Shown here piece after piece: positions 39,134-49,736 of a DNA stretch of 64,000 bases; positions within the stretch are counted from its first letter, which is position 1; each line of letters opens with the position of its first letter. Location: the NCBI GenBank assembly GCA_040954595.2, contig CM082577.2, positions 17,625,500 through 17,689,499 on the forward strand, read 5' to 3'. The stretch comes from Balanoglossus misakiensis. Lineage: Eukaryota > Animalia > Hemichordata. Position numbers and translations under genes: made by a program. The notes under the pieces are model-generated. The model was given only the letters and a program-made list of their open reading frames with translations, made no database searches and was not told the origin of the DNA.

Positions 39134-40099
39134 GTATAGTGATCTCGGCTTTCTCATATTAATAATTTATTCCATGATGAATGCATTTGGGGATGATATA
39201 TGATATAAAACTATAAAATTATGATGTCGCTTTCTTACTTAATCGAAATGACAGTATAGTTTATCAATGATTACTATTATATTTAGCGCTCATTGGCCTA
39301 GAAATGCCGATGTTGAAATACAGAAGTTTGGTTTAAAGGGAAATTCTGGAACTTGTTAACATCAATAGCGCTTTGATGTCTCATTTCACATAAAAGTCCT
39401 CTCTCAAAATGTCATTGAAGAGAAGTGCAAATAGTCACAGAAAAAAAACTAATATTTTAGCTCATTTACATATTCAACTAACATTAACAATTATGCCGTA
39501 TATATCGAAACTGTCCTCACTGAATACACTGTCAATGCACTGATTATAGCGATATTTTATTTTTCTGAAGTTTTATGGTCGTGATAATCATAATAATATC
39601 TCATATTTTATTACTTTGTAATTAGACTTTATTTCCGAAGTTTAAGCGGTGTATTAACAATTGTCGTAATTAAAGGATGTCGAATTTGTTGATTATATCA
39701 CGTCATGCAGATTATTAGGTCTTTTGCATGTGTAATGAATGTTTGCATTGCGATGTGTCTATACTGACTGGACTGAGTTTAATCAAAGCTGCACTGGGTA
39801 TAGCGACAGGGCATTAGGTTTACGCTGGGATTTTTATTGTGCTGCAGGAATTTTGACGGGCATGAATATTTCTGTGATATTTCGAAAATCAATTTGTTAA
39901 ACACACAGTCATGAATATCCTATGTCTCATGTCATATTTTACAATGGGACGAGCTCCGATGCTATGGCAGTCGCCATGTGTTTCTGTCTCATGGTAGCGT
40001 TACGAAATTCTTCTGTAGTGTGAGACACGAGCCCAAAATTAATATAAGGTAATATGTATCGGATAAAACTGGGGGATATTACTTTAATTTTAATTACAG

Positions 40100-40267
40100 C
40101 TGACTGTTCCGCTCTGATCAGCCCTATAAATGGTGATAAAATTGGGTCTTCGTACAGTCACGGAAGTATAGTTCAGTTTTCATGTGATGCCGGTTACAGT
40201 TTGGTTGGGTCGTCAATACTGGTGTGTTCTGATGGTAGCTGGGGGTACAACGCGCCCACTTGTCACG
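40100..40267 (+). CDS. Secreted mosaic protein, exon 4: Sushi/CCP domain 1
   Basis: DCSALISPINGDKIGSSYSHGSIVQFSCDAGYSLVGSSILVCSDGSWGYNAPTC; phase 1-1, donor gtaagc. Confidence 0.93.
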
Positions 40268-40329
40268 GTAAGCTTGCTTCCGTTGTTGCTGTACGTACAC
40301 ATTGATTGATACATAACCTCAGAGGTTAA

Positions 40330-40665
40330 GGGACATTGGCTGTAACTTTTGTCTTAAAACCCAGTTTTTTTGTTCTGTGTATCAAATGCAATTTCTTGTT
40401 CTTCTTCAAACAGCATGCTAATATACTCAGTACTCCATTTGTCAACATATGACATGGCATGTATGTGTGTAACGATCATTGTTATTATTGACAGAAGAAT
40501 TCTGGACCGGACTTGAATTCGAATTTTGCACAATAAATATGCTGACTATACACATATATGTTGTGTTGATAAGCTAAATGATGGACTTTTCATTGTGTTT
40601 CTGGAATTCGAAATAACAGTACAAAACAACTGAAAACATGGTGAACAGTAACAGCTAACGGATAT
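40330..40665 (+). mobile_element. TTAA-flanked Kolobok-like MITE; reference copy of a family with 4 copies in the window
   Basis: TTAA|GGGACATTGGCTGTAACT ... AGTAACAGCTAACGGATAT|TTAA (degenerate TIR). Other copies at about 17700, 21700 and 56000. Confidence 0.7.
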
Positions 40666-40780
40666 TTAATTTGAAAGATCTAACCAATAAATAATTAATT
40701 GAAAGGTAATACGAATTTACTCAAATAACACATATACAAACACAAAGGATATACAAAAACAGGAACAGCCTGATGTTTAA

Positions 40781-42006
40781 AGCGACATAAGCTGCAACTG
40801 GATAAAAAATAAGCTTCAAATAATCTAGGATACGCTTTTAATTATGTCTATTAAATGATGTTGCCTGATAATATAGCAAGACAACGCTTAATTATGACCC
40901 AACAATCAAAGAAATACCAGTACAGTTGACAATTCCCGCAATTTAAAAAAAAGGTTAAATATTACAATGAAAGAGGAAAATGTAATGTCTCAGTGAAGTG
41001 CATCTACTTCCATGTGGATGAGATTATACTTTGTTTATTACAATTCGTAGCGGGAAATACAACATTTTCATTGTATTTTGCATTTTCCTACGGCGGCCAA
41101 GGATTTATTATTTATCTGGTTATAACTTGCATATTGTTACGACACGCTGGCCGTTCAGCTCCAAAACAGGGCAGTGAGCAAACAGACTTACTGAGTGGCT
41201 CGCTTTGGTGAACCAACCAGCGCAGCACGCAACAAAGACGGTCAACAATAGGCACACCACACGTTATTTCCTTGCTTATGGAAACTTTTAATTACTACAA
41301 CTAAACATTGGTAATTATATAAAATGACTATACACTGAGGAAAAAACACAGTAAAATAAATGACTACCTTAAATGTGACCAGTGACCAGGTGTGGGAAAT
41401 GAAAGACAAAGTCTTAGGTTCTGTAGCGCATGACGAACGCGACCAGCACCATGGCAGTCCCAACAGCGACGTTCAGTCCGAGTAGCGTTCTGGCACAATT
41501 CCCCGGTAGACGGCACGGCTTGCGGACGAATTCCCCATGAGGTAGCACGACTTCTGGGCGCGGTTTCCAGACCAGGACAGCATGAAACAACACGACTTCT
41601 GGGCGCGGTTTCCAGACCAGGACAGCATGAAATACAGCACAGCTTCTGGGCGCGGTTTCCACACCAGTGTATCAGGAAATAAGGCACAGCTTCCAAGCCG
41701 GCGAGGAACAGAACAGCTCACACGGGCAAGTCCAAATTAGTAGCTACGCCGCAACACAACGTGCGGGTTTTTATATGGGGAAAATAATGAATGCACCACA
41801 CCTGGTCACGCAAATATTCAAATTACGAAAGTAAGCGAAAACACACCTGGTCACAAAACAACAGCAAACTTCTCCTACGTAACAATATGCACTCGTACTT
41901 AGCCTTTATATTACGTGTATATACTTCAGTGCATTCATCCTTGTGGGCTAAAGGTAGTATAGTTTGAAAAAATTATGATTAGTATCCAGTTGCAGCTCAT
42001 GTGCCT
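40781..42006. mobile_element. TTAA-flanked Kolobok-like non-autonomous element hosting a solo LTR
   Basis: TTAA|AGCGACATAAGCTGCAACTGGATA ... TATCCAGTTGCAGCTCATGTGCCT|TTAA. Confidence 0.8.
41135..41884 (-). mobile_element. Solo LTR (750 bp, Gypsy-like 4-bp TSD) with an internal ~45-bp tandem repeat
   Basis: ATAT|TGTTACG...CGTAACA|ATAT. Minus-strand TATA (catataaaa) near 41770. About 2.5 copies of gcacgacttctgggcgcggtttccagaccaggacagcatgaaa at 41545-41670. Confidence 0.8.
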
Positions 42007-42124
42007 TTAATATGTGAAAATATCTTTAAAGACAAATGCAATACATGTATGCACCATTTGTAATGTCCTAGTACATGTATGTTGTTGTGTATCTACTTTA
42101 ATTTAATTTTACCCCGATATTTAG

Positions 42125-42289
42125 CAAACTGCAACGATCCTGGTTATCCAAGTAATGGTGTAAGGTTTGGGAGTACAAAGCACAACAGTTCGTCGTATTT
42201 TTCTTGCTTTGCTGGTTTCACAATTCTTGGAGCAAATGTTATTCATTGTTTAGATGGTTCATGGAGCGATTTTGTCCCTTCGTGCAATG
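42125..42289 (+). CDS. Secreted mosaic protein, exon 5: Sushi/CCP domain 2
   Basis: NCNDPGYPSNGVRFGSTKHNSSSYFSCFAGFTILGANVIHCLDGSWSDFVPSCN; phase 1-1, donor gtgagt. Confidence 0.93.
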
Positions 42290-43772
42290 GTGAGTTTTAC
42301 TTTGTATTATTCGGGCGTTGACAGGTATTTTAATCAGCATCTTCAGAAAATCATTGTGATATGAAATAAACCCTACAACTAAAGTATCATTGAATTTTGT
42401 TTTGCATGTATATATATCACAGCCATCGTATACTCCACGCGATTCATCCTTTAAAGCCAGGTAGTGGCGTCTTTTCACATCATTTTTCATGTTGACACAA
42501 AGTTAGATTATTGTATTCACGTGTCTAGTGTAATGGCAAGATTCCGATCTGCATGTTACACTATACTTGTACAGCTTCGAAAAAGATGCATGTAAATATA
42601 TGTATAGAAATGTTAGCTAAATCTTTGAGTAATATCCATTGACAGCGTTGTATTTAATTAAGCAAGAAAGCTTACTGCATTGAATTGGTAAAGGAAATTA
42701 TAGATTCTGCGGGATTTGAGATGGTAGCCCAATTTCCCTGGTTAGTAGCTCGGCATATACAAATGGACCTGACTAATTATCAGAGAGGATATCTCTTGAA
42801 CTAATTATGCATGTTAGATGCAGGGTTCGTTTACTGAGAAGAGAGCTATCTGATGTTTCTTTCACTTTGATAACACAAGTTCCCTGCGAGTATATGCATA
42901 ATGCCACGCATTTCCAGGGACGATGCAATTCCAATGAAGATTCTATTGCAAACAGTCACCATATCACTTGATATTTTCAGGCATGAACAAGGCAGCCATT
43001 TTTGGATTGCCACCCGTTTTGCCGTTACCTTGTTCAAAACTATATATATGCAGCTCTGAATATTAATGCATACATACTAGCCTTTCAGTAAGCATATTTA
43101 CATGAACTACTAGTAATTCTGAGTGAAAGGAAAATCTTGATGCAAACAACCAATTGACCCTTTAACCATTTATAGCAGGGCTCTATAGCATACCCACTTC
43201 TAATGCAATTATATGGATTTCTTCTAAGAGGAATTCATGCTTAAATATAACTGAATGTGATGCCATTATATATTATCATTATCGAGCCTTGTCAGTCTCT
43301 CAAGATTAGACATTATGTGTCACTTTGTGTGGTTTGGTAGTACGTGTAATTGACGACGTCAAACACCACTTCCTGTTGATACCGCGGGAAGTTGAATAAA
43401 ACACTTCACAAAGTGTGACGTTGGTTTTATAATCGGGTTTAAATAAAACTTAACATGTGCTCTCATGTAAACTGTCACGAGTTTATTGGACAATTCATGG
43501 CTTCACTGCGTTTGCAGTGCTGATGTTTGGGGGTCACTGCGTACTATGTTTTGTCGGTTTATAACACTTGCATGAAGCCACCACTGTTACTATATACCGA
43601 GAATTTTGCTGAGACAGAGAGCCCACACATGTTCACTCATGCGGAATTTGATATTTACGTCATGAAGTGATAATCACAGTTTTTTAATGATTGGTTGTTT
43701 TAGTTGATTTTAGTCAATTTAACATGACTGTGCACGTATTCCGAACATGCTTTTTACTGTTTTCTCCTGTAG

Positions 43773-43937
43773 CTGACTGCGCCGATCCCGGTATCCCTGA
43801 CAACGCCATTCGTTCTGGTACTTTGCATCATTTAGACATAGTCTCCTACGTTTGTAATGCTGGTTACGTTATGTACGGAAATTCAACATCAACATGCAAT
43901 GCAGGGATATGGACTGAAACACCACCCTCGTGTTTTG
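43773..43937 (+). CDS. Secreted mosaic protein, exon 6: Sushi/CCP domain 3
   Basis: DCADPGIPDNAIRSGTLHHLDIVSYVCNAGYVMYGNSTSTCNAGIWTETPPSCF; phase 1-1, donor gtaaga. Confidence 0.93.
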
Positions 43938-44253
43938 GTAAGAAAAGTCGGAATGAGCGACAGCATTTTCTTATAATTTTCCTACTACATATCAATCAGT
44001 CAATCAATCAATCAATCAATCAACCATACTGAGATAGGGCACTTTGGGTTGGGTTCTGCAGATATAAGTAGGCTGAAATGTCATTGGAATTTAAGTTAAG
44101 TTCGTACCTGACCCCGTCTTCTTGTCACACTGCAGATTAAAAAAAACTTCAATGAATGAATTGATGGATGAATCTTTGCTTCCTTGATTTATTGACCAAT
44201 AACCTAATTTAACGACGCCCATACGTTTTCGTGTTTGTTACATTTGTGTGCAG

Positions 44254-44880
44254 ATTTAACCCCGGAATTCTACTGGGACATGAGCGGCAAATGTGCTGTA
44301 ACGGAAAGTGATCCTGCATCTAGCTGTCCGGGGAATTCTTGCTCCAACACAATATATGCCAATATAGGTAGCAATCCAGGAACTATCAGCGGCAGTCTGG
44401 ATTTAGTTCCTTCGCCTGTTAGTCGACAACCTGTTCACGCTTGTGTGGTCCATTTTGAAAGCCATGAATGGATCAACTTCGGAGATTTTGACGGTAGTTG
44501 CGTGGCTGATCAAAGTTTATGTCCAAATGGAATAACTGTCTCATTTTGGCTAAAATTTGATGTCGGTCTTTCTGGCAATTCTAATGGGCCTCGATTTATT
44601 TTCTCGTCTGGCGGACAGAGCGGCAATGGGAGAGGCATCGCAGTGTATGTACTCCACGCCCCACAACCATGGATGTATGTGATGACAAGGACTATCAAAT
44701 CTAAGTCACAATTCAACACTTACAATATCGCCAAAGAGAACTTTCCAAGTGCCCAATGGTTTCATGTTGCCGTGACCTTCCTCTCTATGAATGGATTATC
44801 CATGTACTTTGACGGTGTACAACAAACCCCAGAAATAAATAAGTATCAGGTTACAAACATTGCTACTCATGTATTCACAG
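44254..44880 (+). CDS. Secreted mosaic protein, exon 7: LamG/concanavalin-A-like (pentraxin-like) domain
   Basis: WINFGDFDGSCVADQSLCPNGITVSFWLKF...IFSSGGQ..GRGIAVY...QWFHVAVTF...GLSMYFDG are typical LamG-like motifs; phase 1-1. Confidence 0.88.
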
Positions 44881-45255
44881 GTACATACACATTTGCATTC
44901 AATTTCAGTTGTGGGTTGATTAACTGCTCACACTTCACACGACACACGAGAATCTGACATCCCATTGTCCAGAAGAGTCTCTACGTCAATACTTACCCCA
45001 CTTTACCAAATTGTAGGAAGGGTTGAGGGTTGAGCCTATTCAGACAAAAAAAAAGAAAAAATGCAATTTTATTTGACTGTTGTGCTGTCACCAGATATGT
45101 ATCTAAAATACAATGACAATACTTTGATACACTCAAGAAAACAAATTTTGTGGAAACGTTCAATCGAACTTTAAATGACAAAACTGTTTCGAATAAGAAT
45201 AGAAAAGACCCTATACTTTTTTATGTCGTAAGCGGATCTTTGTGTTTCTCATCAG

Positions 45256-45393
45256 ATGTTGTCGTTGGAGCAGACAGCGTGGATCCCCTAAATAGCGCCC
45301 TCAGGAGTGATGCGAGTGTGAGTGACCTAAAAATATTCTACCGAGCGTTGTCACCGAACGAAATATCTGCTCTGTACCAATTCGAAGATTCGG
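45256..45393 (+). CDS. Secreted mosaic protein, exon 8: end of the LamG-like domain
   Basis: VVVGAD...ASVSDLKIFYRALSPNEISALY (typical DdlrIf.raLs.eEI..LY terminus); donor gtgaga, phase 1. Confidence 0.88.
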
Positions 45394-45787
45394 GTGAGAA
45401 TTTGATGTATTCGGAAGGAGGCACATTCGTTTACAATTTAGACTAAAATTGGAGATCAATATATCCCCTAGCCAGAACTTCACAGTCGCCCATGAGCTTC
45501 TCCTATTGAGAAATATGATCACCGAAGGATCATGCAGCTAATGTGACTTTAAAGGGGCTAAATAATGACTTTCACAGCCACTATACGATCTCAGCCTTGT
45601 ATCATTTTATATCCACACTCTACAAGAATACTTATACCTGGTGTTAATTCGTATAAACTTTTCTATGATTATGCAAACTTCCAACATTAAACCTATCTCT
45701 TGAAACCCTTCAAATGATTCTACTGGTGTTTGCCAATAGAAACATTAAATATAAAACCAACGACAAGATCGTTCTCTAATTTTACAG

Positions 45788-45795
45788 GAAACTGA
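45788..45795 (+). CDS. Secreted mosaic protein, probable last coding exon (G-N-stop)
   Basis: ctaattttacag|GA AAC TGA continues phase 1. The summed exons are 2016 nt = 671 aa + stop. Confidence 0.6.
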
Positions 45796-47113
45796 TGGTG
45801 AGGCGACGAAGCGGAATACCGATTTAAAATTGAAGGCAGTGGGCAGACGATTTTATCTGAAGATTATTGACAAATTATGATACCATGGCGTCTTATCGTT
45901 GACTCGAAATCTCCAGTATCACCAGATGAATTAAGCACAACGCCCATCCTGTTTTAAGAGTCAAGTTTTATAAATATATACTATAGGAGTATTTTATTTT
46001 GTTTACAGAGCGCTGATTGCTTTTCACATTAATATTTTCGGATTGTTCACGTGATTCATCGTGATTGACAGCAGTTGAATTTGTAACTATCACCGACTCC
46101 GTCTGCGCATGTCAGTAAACCTTTTGGTGTTTTATTTTTTTGCATATAACGGCTCAATTGTACGGAGTTTACTAATTTTATGGAACTCTCTTTCACACTG
46201 ACCTGGCACTACATCAGTGCTGCAACAACTTCACACAAGTATGTGTTCGAGCATGACTCGCATTGTAGCTACGCTATTTTGCTTTCATGTAAATTCATTA
46301 CTTTTCCGTGAATTCAATTTATACTTCAATACTGCTCAATTTAGTTTGATTACAAAGTTTCGGCGTTTGAGATTTTTTGTCCACTTAAAACTACATTCTC
46401 GCCAAGCCAACTTGTCAAGGGGTTTACGATGAGAAACCGACAACCCTATTATCTCACAGAACTGTGGTTTTATTAATGATGTGGCAGGAAACAAAATCCA
46501 AGGATAAACACCTCTGTAACTCGATTCCTTTGATCGAACGAAAATGATGTCTACCTGAAGGTCGGTATGTCCATGCACTGTAATCGGGGGGGGGGGGGGG
46601 CGGCGAGTCGCGATACTTGATTTTAAGAATGGTAAAATACAGTGTACAATAACATGGCCTGATTGCCAGATACAGTGTCTATAGAACCTCTATGGGTGCT
46701 AAGTTTTGGAGAGGTCGGCCGGCCTAGTATGAATATATCCCGTACATTTTAATCTCACCGAATTGAGAGCAGTGATGAGAATTTGCCTGACTTTTTTCAA
46801 TTCAGCAGGTCAGACCTGGTGATCATGTCATCACCGAAACAGTTTACATATATATCACCAAAATGAGCAGTTTAAAGACAGTGAATTGAAACCTGAATAG
46901 GAATTAGGTAGCGTCAGATAAGTCAAAATTATTCTATTTCTCACGAAATTTCTTTCAAAAAATAAAACTGTCTTTGTGTCCCTCCACTTAGTTTGTGCCG
47001 TGATTCCCCCATAGTTTAATTGCGTATGCATGCTGCTTGTATGTTTGACGGTATATCTCTTTTTGGAGGATGTGCGCATGCTGGCCCCGAGAAAGGGGCT
47101 TTGGTCATTGTTA

Positions 47114-48208
47114 GGGACCGTTCAGTTTTTACGGCCGGGGGGGGGGGGGGGGTCGGCAAAATCCAGGGGGGGGGGTCACTTAAATTTTGAAGTCCAAAAG
47201 GGGGGGGTCATCTGGTTTTTTTAAACGTTTAGGGGGGTCACATACTTTTGCCACCGAACTTTTGCTTTTGAGTCCACAAAATTGCAGTTTCGCGCCCTTT
47301 ATTTTACAAAATTTTCTAATGTGGGAGGGGGACACCCCCTCCCACACCCACCCCTTCATTCTCCGCCACATTTCGTGCTGGTTTGTCTAGTGTACCAGGG
47401 CAGATTGCTCAAATACATAAAGGAGAATAATCGTTTAAACCATTTCGCATAACTGATAGTTTCGCGCTGCATCTTCTATATACTAGAAGTTTTATAAATG
47501 ATGTCATGACGAAGATGACGCCAAATCTTCGAACTTTGAGTGGAGTGCCGAAAAGTAAAATTGGTCCTCCCAAACATTGAGATAATTTGCTTTTGAGTTC
47601 ATAATAATGCAACTTTGAGCTACATATTTTACAAAAATGTCTTATGTGGGAGGGGCACATCCACACCCACCCCTCCATTCTTCGCCACATTGCATTTATT
47701 TATTTATTTGTCGAGTGTACCAGGGCAGACTTCTATCCACCCCACCCCCGATGCTTACTTTGAGTGGAGTGGCAAAATTAAAATTTGAACTGCCTAACAT
47801 TGAGTTAATTTGCTTTTTGAGTTCATTAAAATGCAACTTTGAGCACCGTATTTTACAAAATTTTCTTAAAATTTTCACGCCCACCCCCGCCACTTTTCTT
47901 GTTTTACCAATTCTAGCAACTATTGTATTGACTTGTCATTTTATTTTGTTCATAGATTTCTTTATTGCAACGATATACTATTATATTATACTTGAATTAC
48001 TTTAAGAAATTTATAATTGAGGTGTGAGGAGCCTCATTCCCTTTATTGCATACAGTGTACATAGGATCAGGATGGCGAATGTTTTCGGTGTGGGGGTGGG
48101 GTCATCATTTTTTGGTCCTGGGTGAAGGGGGGGGGTCGGCCTGATTTTGAAAACCGATGACACAAACTTGCCAACCCCCCCCCCCAGCCGTAAAAACTGA
48201 ACGGTCCC
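47114..48208. mobile_element. PIF/Harbinger-like non-autonomous element (TTA TSD)
   Basis: TTA|GGGACCGTTCAGTTTTTACGGC ... GCCGTAAAAACTGAACGGTCCC|TTA, with an internal repeated ttttgagttcat..caactttgagc..ccctcccacacccaccc module. Confidence 0.88.
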
Positions 48209-48584
48209 TTATGTTATCGTGTGAGAGGAGCCAGCACATTAAACTAGTGCGAAGTAACACTACTTCTCTGAGGGTTCGGAACGCAATAACAAATCGTGAC
48301 GGTCCATGAACCAGGCGTCGATACCAACCCTGTGGTGATGGATATCTGCATGTCTGTCGCAGCTTTTGGTTTTCCTCTGCGAAAATGATAGGTGGTAGTA
48401 AATGATTTTATAAGAAGCCAGTCACAAGACAGCCATATAATTATGGGAACATTTTTCTTTGACAAAGCACCCAAGTGCAAGTATTCACAAGAAATTGGCC
48501 CGTAGGCGTAGAAGAGTTAGCCAATTGGAGATGTTGGCCTCTAGAATACAGGTGAAGTCCGGTATTCTACAAACACTAAAATAG

Positions 48585-49716
48585 TACCATTTCCACATGT
48601 CCACTACAATCCGATTCAGAGGCCATGAGTGAGTGCCTCCGCAACGATTTATATAAGCCACTGTTGTGGATTTGTCGCTCTGTATTTCTATGCAACAGTC
48701 CCGGCGATCTTTGGCAAGACTCTTGATTCCCAGAAAGGTCGCAAGCAGTTCCAACTGATTCATGTGAAGTAGTTTCTCGTCTGGTTTCCACTGACCAACG
48801 TCTCCGCCGCATACTGCACCACATCCTACTGTTGAGGCATCCGTCTGAATGGTGATGTCTGGTTGATGGGGGAGAACACTCTTTCCATCCCAGGCCTTCA
48901 AGCAATCCACCCACCATTGCAGCTCTGCCGTTGCCTCCACGGATAAGTCCACCACGGTATCGTAAGACCTTGACCTTGTCAAAGCTGCAATCTGGTCTCT
49001 CTGGAGTGCCCTGTAGTGAAGTGGTGCAGTTGTTATGGCCTCGAGCGCTGCCGTCATGCCGCCTAGACACTGTGCTAGTCTTCTGACTGACACGCGTGCA
49101 ATCCGTCTGCAGTCGAGTCACATTGTCGTCCGGCAAGCTGATGGCCATCTGAACCGAGTCGAAAATCATACCTAAACCCAAATTCTCTGTTCCGGCATCA
49201 TGTGAGATTTCTCCCAATTGACAACAAAACCTAGTGCTTGCAGGAGGTATGTCGTCTTTTTGGCATTGTCCTTGCAAACCTTGCGCGCGAGTTGAGTCCA
49301 AAATGAGTATGTCGTCTATGTAAATCACACACCTCACCCCCTGGCTTCGCAAGAACGAAACCACTGGCTTGAGAATCTTCGTGAAAATTCTTGGGGCAAT
49401 TGAAATTCGGAAAGGCAGGACTGCAAACTCGTAAAGAATTCCGTTTCAAACAAACCGCAGGTACTTGCGATGGTCTGGAAAGATCGACACTGTGAAATAT
49501 GCATCTTTCAGATCTATGGTGGCCATGAAATCGTTCTTGTGAAGAAGATTTTTAACGTGTTGAACTCTTTCCATCTTGAAATGCTGATACCGTATGAACT
49601 TGTTTAGTGGCCTGAGATTGAATACAGGGCGCCAACCCCCTCCCCGTCGCCTTGGGTACTAGAAACACTGTAGAGATGAGCTGCTCTTGAGTGGGTGACA
49701 CAATCTTGATTGCACC
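48585..49716 (-). mobile_element. Degenerate DIRS1-type retrotransposon, RT/RNase H region (3' part)
   Basis: Frameshifted GAIKIV..FLVPK..GWRPVFNLRPLNKFI..HFKME..TIDLKDAYF..YIDDILIL, and RNase H TDAS..G.GA..HMNQLELLA..IQSD.STTVAYINRCGGT, which is diagnostic of DIRS1. Confidence 0.88.
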
Positions 49717-49736
49717 TGTGACCAAGGGTTCACTCC

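Noticed and set aside
41545-41670. Regularly spaced direct repeats suggestive of a CRISPR array
   Set aside because: Head-to-tail 45-bp tandem units without unique spacers, inside a solo LTR in animal DNA; no cas genes.
46640-48580. Possible tyrosine recombinase/methyltransferase part of the DIRS element
   Set aside because: No R-H-R-Y (HSTR) or YAFPP motif could be read with confidence, so the DIRS 3' boundary is left undefined.
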